Part shown: piece by piece, positions 59,101 to 64,000 of the stretch
How the letters are laid out: every line of letters begins with the position of its first letter
How positions within the stretch are numbered: position 1 is the stretch's first letter
Source: a virus
Virus record (IMG/VR): IMGVR_UViG_3300032291_001823
Coordinates: 1 to 64,000 of that record
Length of the DNA: 64,000 bases
Direction: 5' to 3' (one strand)
The notes under the pieces: generated by a model
The model's input: only the letters and a program-made list of their open reading frames with translations
Told to the model about the DNA's origin: nothing
Database searches by the model: none
Made by a program: the position numbers and the translations under genes

Positions 59101-61081
59101 ACTTATGGAGAAACTTGTACTTGGTGGTAAAATTACAGTTGGTGAACAGTTCCTAAGAACTATATCTATTGATGAGGGAGACATTGGATTTGGTAAAATT
59201 GATCCTCTTACAGGTAGACCAATTGACACTATTCCTACATATTTCACTAAAGAAATTGAAGGAGAACTTAGTGAAGACTTGTTTAGAAACATGGCTCTTT
59301 ACAATGAAATGGCTATCAGATATAAATATCTTAGTGACATTGAAGCTCAAGGACGTGCATTGATTAACACTGAAAGAAACAAGAAAGCAATTGCTACATC
59401 CATGTTTGGCAAAACCGTATATAAAGATGGTGTGTTACAATACACTCCAGATAATAATGAGAATGCCCAGCTAATTGAGAACATGGTGAAGGGTATTGTA
59501 TACGGACAGAAGTTTGTAGAAAGTGAAAGTTTTGACCAACTTCTTGGTAGCCTGAGTGATTTTGGCGAAAGAGCTAATAAGAAACTTGGAATTAATATAT
59601 TCCCAGAGAATTTATCTGGAAGACAAATCAGTATTAACAAGGTGATAAATCAACTTAATAATACATTCCAATTAAATGCCTTAGGACTTAATCCCTTATC
59701 TGCTCTATCAAACTTGTTGGGTGGTAGTTTTCAATCTATAATTAACGCTGAGACCTATTTTACAAAAAGTGATTTTGTATCTTCTGAGCTCTTTCTTACA
59801 GCAGGCAAAATGACTGGTGGTGAAGATCAAAAAAAGTTTGTTGGAGCACTTGAATATTTTCTCCCTCTTACAGAAAGTTACAATAAAGAACTTGCTAAAC
59901 ATCTATCAATCAATAAGTTAAGTCAAGAGAACATACAAGAATTTCTTATGATACTCATGAGGAAATCAGATATGCTTGTACAAACTGCAAACTTCCGTTC
60001 CTTCTTAATTAACACTATAGTAGATGGAGGTAGAGTTGTAAATGCTCGTCAATATCTTAGAGAGCAACCTGAATATCAAGATATGTATGCAGGAACTCAA
60101 GAAGATAGGAAAGCTAGAAAGGAAAAGTTTGAAAGTGATGTAAAAAAGTTAATTGATGAAAAGGGTGTATTAAAACTTGCTGAAATAAAAGATGGAGAAT
60201 TTATTATTCCAGGAGTTGATAAAAAGGATGAGAGTGTTATAGAACTTAGAAGAAAGGTGCAACAGGTTAGTAAGGATGCATTGGGTAACTTGTCTGAAGA
60301 TGATTTGAGAATGATAAATCTTAACATATATGGAAAATCTTTCATGTTGTTCAAGAACTGGATTCCTCGTCTGGTGGATGTGCGTTTAGGTAATATTAAA
60401 TACAACTCAGCATCTGATGCTTATGAGTGGGGAAGAATGAGAAATGTGTTTAGGGTGATATCAGAAGACTTACTTGGTTCAATTAACAATCTTACAAACT
60501 CTCTACAAGGAAATGATAAGGGTGTAGAGTTTATGAGAAAGCTTTACGAAAAGAAGAAACAAGAATACGAAACAGAAACTGGAAAGCCTTTGGAAATGAC
60601 AGAATCCCAGTTTATGGATCTCACAAGGAAAAATATTAAAGGACAGCTTGTAGACCTAATGTTCATGTTAACTGTGTATGCTCTCTATCTTGGACTGAAA
60701 GCAAATGCTCCAGAGGATGATGAAGATGCTATGGTTAAGAACCAATATAAGTTTATGCTTAGAGCTGCTGATAAGGTTAAAGATGAATTGGCTTATTTCT
60801 ATGATCCTACAAGCTTAACAAGTCTTGTATCCTCTGGAATATTCCCATCAATGTCTTATCTAAATAACTTTAAAAAGCTTGTTGTTAACTTTAACACTGA
60901 GATGTTTGGACTGGCAGTTGGTGATGAGGAGCTTGTAGAAAAAACCAAGGTGATCAAATATCTTATGAAAACATTCCCTGTAGCTAATCAAGCTGCTGGA
61001 ATGCTTCCAATGTTCTACCCAGAACTTGCTAAAGATCTTGGTATAAAGGCACAATCACAAGCTAGACCAATTTCTCTGTAA
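56144..61081 (+). CDS. large cargo protein with degenerate zincin domain and PD-(D/E)XK nuclease domain
   Basis: LPEEAMH...KKEAIAK; EKGTAGH...LSEI...AGTIDFL...ILDWK...QMEQY; C-terminal helical region with hydrophobic segments. Confidence 0.75.
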   Translation: MACRLDVRKAILDNAFDEAFEGRYTFTRMSDDTVRINGQVDAAQTKALSRNQAINIANQKLESIKKSFNNAITGYVTNRSEYDPVTITLNVNPAYIEYEYRKLPLDKQTDPADRMFQLPGTELSKASPETIKRIKELLNRIGVDYQVVSKIAVNGKIIGANGVADITQKLIQVVNGKEATALPEEAMHFVVEIIQQTDPKLFSTLLKEINGYRMMKDVFATYSSDPNYQTKEGKPDVIKLKKEAIAKVLAETVINKSEGSIENPENVAKVESWWQKIVNYLKGLFNKSGFDTAAMKIISGEEIGSVDDVRNKEAQIYLQKGTRDSIYEKLKDISSKIEKKDDGYYIDGKKVPRRVTDLVKDWYERRFKAKDLTKNEYQTALFDLKAEKGTAGHADLEYAFTVFVNEDGYLRTTPLDDSGYVSQLNPDNRDMYELLRDNLKERLNSFPKENGGTRFLSEIMTYDAKRGLAGTIDFLAIEPDGKTNILDWKFMDLNVDKYTDVPWYKVNAWRQQMEQYKLLLEKVYGVKPQDFKQTRMIPIKAKYVGGNVKEGILPTLSGIQIGDVNVKNVKEDYLLPVGLEGEKTGNKKIDALLEKLNAVYKKMSEKKALPSEKLNKAEQLNALFSAIRQLQIKQNIKPLLYQAKVLNKQLNKLLEQYQTNWKGKDVKSFSQEQISAFYDELENAYNSISHYTTLDTELKFLFQGELSEEDKALREDLRDTVDDARGILSELSEVSGEFVEDFVAGSEGVENFLTPEKVIKGITKWFSSTATIPLKALEVLYKKANRAFTYAAQDTIVETKKLTNIKSKYDEWAKGKGLSSKNYFSFIKKEKSNELIDEFNPEFYKTLRTKIGEKDIQWIKNNINVAEYTDFLKEKLKEDLQRIQDKARVGTDEEIQKEIKREIAQTKSLYDTSTIDSAGWYNYDLLKKFPDRTTWESNEWKQLNKTENKPALDFYNYIKERNEYYQEIGYISKAEARVFLPFVRKGLMEKLVLGGKITVGEQFLRTISIDEGDIGFGKIDPLTGRPIDTIPTYFTKEIEGELSEDLFRNMALYNEMAIRYKYLSDIEAQGRALINTERNKKAIATSMFGKTVYKDGVLQYTPDNNENAQLIENMVKGIVYGQKFVESESFDQLLGSLSDFGERANKKLGINIFPENLSGRQISINKVINQLNNTFQLNALGLNPLSALSNLLGGSFQSIINAETYFTKSDFVSSELFLTAGKMTGGEDQKKFVGALEYFLPLTESYNKELAKHLSINKLSQENIQEFLMILMRKSDMLVQTANFRSFLINTIVDGGRVVNARQYLREQPEYQDMYAGTQEDRKARKEKFESDVKKLIDEKGVLKLAEIKDGEFIIPGVDKKDESVIELRRKVQQVSKDALGNLSEDDLRMINLNIYGKSFMLFKNWIPRLVDVRLGNIKYNSASDAYEWGRMRNVFRVISEDLLGSINNLTNSLQGNDKGVEFMRKLYEKKKQEYETETGKPLEMTESQFMDLTRKNIKGQLVDLMFMLTVYALYLGLKANAPEDDEDAMVKNQYKFMLRAADKVKDELAYFYDPTSLTSLVSSGIFPSMSYLNNFKKLVVNFNTEMFGLAVGDEELVEKTKVIKYLMKTFPVANQAAGMLPMFYPELAKDLGIKAQSQARPISL

Positions 61082-61100
61082 ATAATAACAGAGTTGTATA

Positions 61101-61162
61101 GCTATATTATGACCAAAATTTTAGGAGGTGTCATTGTAAATTATGGGAATTGGTTATTTTTG
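61101..61162 (+). promoter_or_regulatory. putative late promoter with upstream GCTATATTAT motif
   Basis: GCTATATTAT 61101-10; ATTG 61133-36, 18-nt spacer, TATTTTTG 61155-62. Confidence 0.55.
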
Positions 61163-61251
61163 TAATCTCCCGTAGACACATTTCGATTAAAATGTGTGTG
61201 TAAAGTCAGCTCTGACAGATTCCAATTATATACTTTTTTATCTTTTTATAA

Positions 61252-62736
61252 ATGAATGTCACTTGTTCATCACCAGTGTGCCCTGTCATATTGAATTCCA
61301 CCTGCGTATTTTACGAAGGTGAGAGTCTTATTTATACAGGTATAAACACAAACGACAGTTTGCAGGTAGCTCTGCAAAAGATAGATGCTGCTCTTGGTGT
61401 AACAACCGTAGTGAATATTTATAACTCAAACGGAACATTAACAGGAAACAGAACAATAAGTTCTGGAGGATTTACATTAACAATAGGTCCTGTTACAACC
61501 TTTACAGCAGCTCCTGCAATAAGCACAATTACACAAGGATCTGTTTTCTTTGCAGGTTCAGGAGGAACAATAAGTCAGAACAATTCTCAATTCTTTTGGG
61601 ATAATAGCACCAATAGATTAGGATTGGGAACAATCACTCCTTTATATAAGCTTGATATTAGTGGAACAGCACGTGTATCAAGTACATTAGAGGTTAATAG
61701 TTTGAATGGTGTTGGAAGTAGAATGGTGGTGGCTAATGCTAGTGGTGTATTAAGCACACAATCAATTCCTGTAAGTGGTGTAACAAGTATAAATACAACA
61801 GCTCCTATAACAGGGGGTCCAATCACTACCACTGGTACAATAGGTATAACACAAGCAACAATCTCTACAAACGGTTACCTAAGTTCAACAGATTGGAGTA
61901 TATTCAATAATAAACAGAACGCCCTATCCTTAACAACAACAGGAACAGGTGGTGCTTCTACACTTATTGGTAGTGTATTAAACATTCCTCAATATCAATC
62001 TGCATTAACTAATCCTATTACAGGCATAGGTGCAGCAGGACAAGTGGCATATTGGACAGGAGTGAGTTCTCAGAGTGGAAGTAATAATTTCCAATGGGAT
62101 AACACAAATCAAAGACTTTCAATAACTGGTCAAAATGTAACAAATACAACAACAATAAGTGCTACTTGTGCAGCATCAACTTTTTCATTGAATAATGTAT
62201 CAAATCATTATGCAAATTTTACTCTATCTACAACATCAGCAAGTGGTTCAATTTCTAATATATTAAGTAATAATTCATCATTAACTGGCTCTTTTGTTTT
62301 ATTCTCATCAGCTGAGGGAAATAACCTTTTTGGGACATCAAGGAATAGTGCTTTAGCATTAGTAAATAATAGCGGAACAAAGTTTTACATTGGTACAATT
62401 AATGCTACTGATTTAATATTCGGTACTACCAATATAGAACGTTTTAGATTGTTCGCAGGTGGAAATCTCGGAATAGGCACAGGAGCAACCGACACAACGG
62501 AACGCTTGCAGGTGAGTGGTACATCTGTAATCAAGGACATAGTGACATCAAGTGTTACATCTGCATTGCTTCAGTTGTCATCAACCACCAAAGGTTTCCT
62601 TCCTCCAAGAATGACTCTTGTCCAAAAGAACGCAATAGCAACACCAGTTGAAGGTCTTATTGTATATCAAACGGATGGAACAAAGGGATTATATTTATAT
62701 GACGGTGCTTCCTGGAGAGCAATAACAATAATATAA
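61252..62736 (+). CDS. tail fibre protein
   Basis: G/S/T-rich; FFWDNSTNRLGLGT, NGYLSSTDWSIFNNKQ, STTKGFLPPRMT...GLIVYQTD fibre modules. Confidence 0.8.
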   Translation: MNVTCSSPVCPVILNSTCVFYEGESLIYTGINTNDSLQVALQKIDAALGVTTVVNIYNSNGTLTGNRTISSGGFTLTIGPVTTFTAAPAISTITQGSVFFAGSGGTISQNNSQFFWDNSTNRLGLGTITPLYKLDISGTARVSSTLEVNSLNGVGSRMVVANASGVLSTQSIPVSGVTSINTTAPITGGPITTTGTIGITQATISTNGYLSSTDWSIFNNKQNALSLTTTGTGGASTLIGSVLNIPQYQSALTNPITGIGAAGQVAYWTGVSSQSGSNNFQWDNTNQRLSITGQNVTNTTTISATCAASTFSLNNVSNHYANFTLSTTSASGSISNILSNNSSLTGSFVLFSSAEGNNLFGTSRNSALALVNNSGTKFYIGTINATDLIFGTTNIERFRLFAGGNLGIGTGATDTTERLQVSGTSVIKDIVTSSVTSALLQLSSTTKGFLPPRMTLVQKNAIATPVEGLIVYQTDGTKGLYLYDGASWRAITII

Positions 62737-62739
62737 AAC

Positions 62740-64000
62740 ATGGCAAACAGCATAGGATTAGTAGATGGTAATGTAATAACAGCAAGTGTTCCAGTGGCAG
62801 CAACAGCTGGTCAAGTGTTAAGCTCAAATGGAACAACGCTTGCATGGACAACTCCTACAACAGGAACTGTAACTGGGCTAACAGGAGAAGTTACTACAAC
62901 TGGTAGTGGATTATTGACTGTAACTTTGTCAAACTTAGCCGTAATAGGTAAAACGCTTTCAGGACTTTCTGTAACTTCTGGATCTATCACATCTGCTGAT
63001 TCTATACTCACAGCAATGGGTAAGATACAAGGGCAGATAAATGGTCTAGCTGGAGGATCAACTTATAAAGGAACATGGAATGCTGCTACTAACACACCTA
63101 CTATTGTAAGTAGCGTTGGTACTGGTGGTGATTATTACATTGTCAGTGTAGCAGGTACTACTAATATTAATGGTACAGCTTCATGGGATGTAGGTGATTG
63201 GATTATATTTGATGGAACTGTTTGGCAGAAGGTGGACAACACTGACTCCGTAACATCTGTTAATGGTTTTACAGGTGCAGTTAATCTCACTACAACAAAC
63301 ATAACAGAAGGAACTAACCTGTATTATACAGACACCAGAGCTAGATCTGCCATTAGTCTTACAACAACTGGGTCAAGTGGAGCTTCCACTTATATTTCAG
63401 GTGCTTTAAATATTCCCAACTATACTCTTGCTGGACTTGGAGGTGTACCTACAACCACTACATTGAGTATAAATGGTACATCATTTGACTTGAGTGCTAA
63501 TAGAGTTTGGTCTGTGGGAACAGTTACAAGCGTAGTTGGTACAGGAGGTTATGGTGGACTCACTCTTAGCGGTACGGTTACTAACACAGGCTCACTGACG
63601 CTTGGGGGAACCCCAACGGGCACATGGCCAATAAGCATAGGAGGAAATGCAGCAACAGTAACAATAGCTAACACAAACGTAAACACCAGTTATTATATAC
63701 CTTTAGTTTCTTCAACAGGAAATATGTCCTTGCTGATCGACGGTGGTAATGATCTTAACTACAATCCATTTACAAACGTATTCACTATAGGTGGTAGTAT
63801 TGTTATTAATAGTGTAGTTATCAACGGTGGTACTGCTAATCAGTTCATGAAGGCCAACGGTACTCTTGATAATAATATATACCTAACAGGTTCTGGAGTA
63901 TCTGGAAGAATAGCGTTCTGGGATTCTACATATGGTTTATCTAGTTCAGCAGCAATGCTATTTAACTCAGGTACAAATAACGTAACCTTAACAAGTCTAT
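62740..64000 (+). CDS. tail fibre protein, truncated by window end
   Basis: ATG 62740, open to the end; YKGTWNAATNTP...GDWIIFDGTVWQKVDNTD, ITEGTNLYYTDTRAR modules. Absent from the track because no stop codon falls inside the window. Confidence 0.8.
   Translation, partial: MANSIGLVDGNVITASVPVAATAGQVLSSNGTTLAWTTPTTGTVTGLTGEVTTTGSGLLTVTLSNLAVIGKTLSGLSVTSGSITSADSILTAMGKIQGQINGLAGGSTYKGTWNAATNTPTIVSSVGTGGDYYIVSVAGTTNINGTASWDVGDWIIFDGTVWQKVDNTDSVTSVNGFTGAVNLTTTNITEGTNLYYTDTRARSAISLTTTGSSGASTYISGALNIPNYTLAGLGGVPTTTTLSINGTSFDLSANRVWSVGTVTSVVGTGGYGGLTLSGTVTNTGSLTLGGTPTGTWPISIGGNAATVTIANTNVNTSYYIPLVSSTGNMSLLIDGGNDLNYNPFTNVFTIGGSIVINSVVINGGTANQFMKANGTLDNNIYLTGSGVSGRIAFWDSTYGLSSSAAMLFNSGTNNVTLTSL

Noticed and set aside
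12486-61081. Stop-codon reassignment (TAG or TGA), known in some crAss-like phages
   Set aside because: Very long ORFs are intact in code 11, TAG and TGA end genes at sensible junctions, and no suppressor anticodon is identifiable.
860-63011. Numerous 60-200 aa antisense or alternate-frame ORFs in the track
   Set aside because: They lie opposite or inside well-supported genes, lack leaders and show shadow-frame composition.
1-64000. CRISPR array, integrase, transposase or DGR
   Set aside because: No regularly spaced repeats, recombinase or reverse transcriptase motifs, or template/variable repeat pair were seen in this window.

Overview
This window is about 64 kb of a crAss-like (Crassvirales-type) podophage genome, read in standard genetic code 11. 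The host is probably Bacteroidota, judged from TTTG-N18-21-TAnnTTTG promoters, A-rich leaders without Shine-Dalgarno sites, and signal peptides typical of that phylum. Positions 1-9.8 kb (minus strand) are an accessory/early block of small genes. It includes a metallophosphoesterase, a GIY-YIG homing endonuclease, DnaA-domain-IV-like and ParB/DGQH-like proteins, several envelope proteins, and an atypical tRNA-like gene with an adjacent structured RNA. A G-tract-rich strand switch lies at about 9.8-10.1 kb. Positions 10.1-64 kb (plus strand) hold the morphogenesis block: small regulators, terminase, portal, scaffold, major capsid, ring/hub/auxiliary capsid proteins, an apparently split muzzle (tail stabilisation) gene, cargo/ejection proteins, a 4298-aa virion RNA polymerase (DFDID motif), a cargo protein with a PD-(D/E)XK nuclease domain, and tail fibres. 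The most unusual observations are: (i) two cargo proteins built as modules separated by about 20 copies of a [MAFY]-[QKE]-x-G(G) motif; (ii) a tRNA-shaped RNA with no canonical anticodon arm, directly downstream of a multi-stem, possibly pseudoknotted RNA; (iii) a split muzzle gene carrying Thr-tract and TGPF modules; (iv) a candidate activator site GCTATATTAT upstream of host-type late promoters. All assignments come from motifs and gene order recognised by eye; no searches were run.
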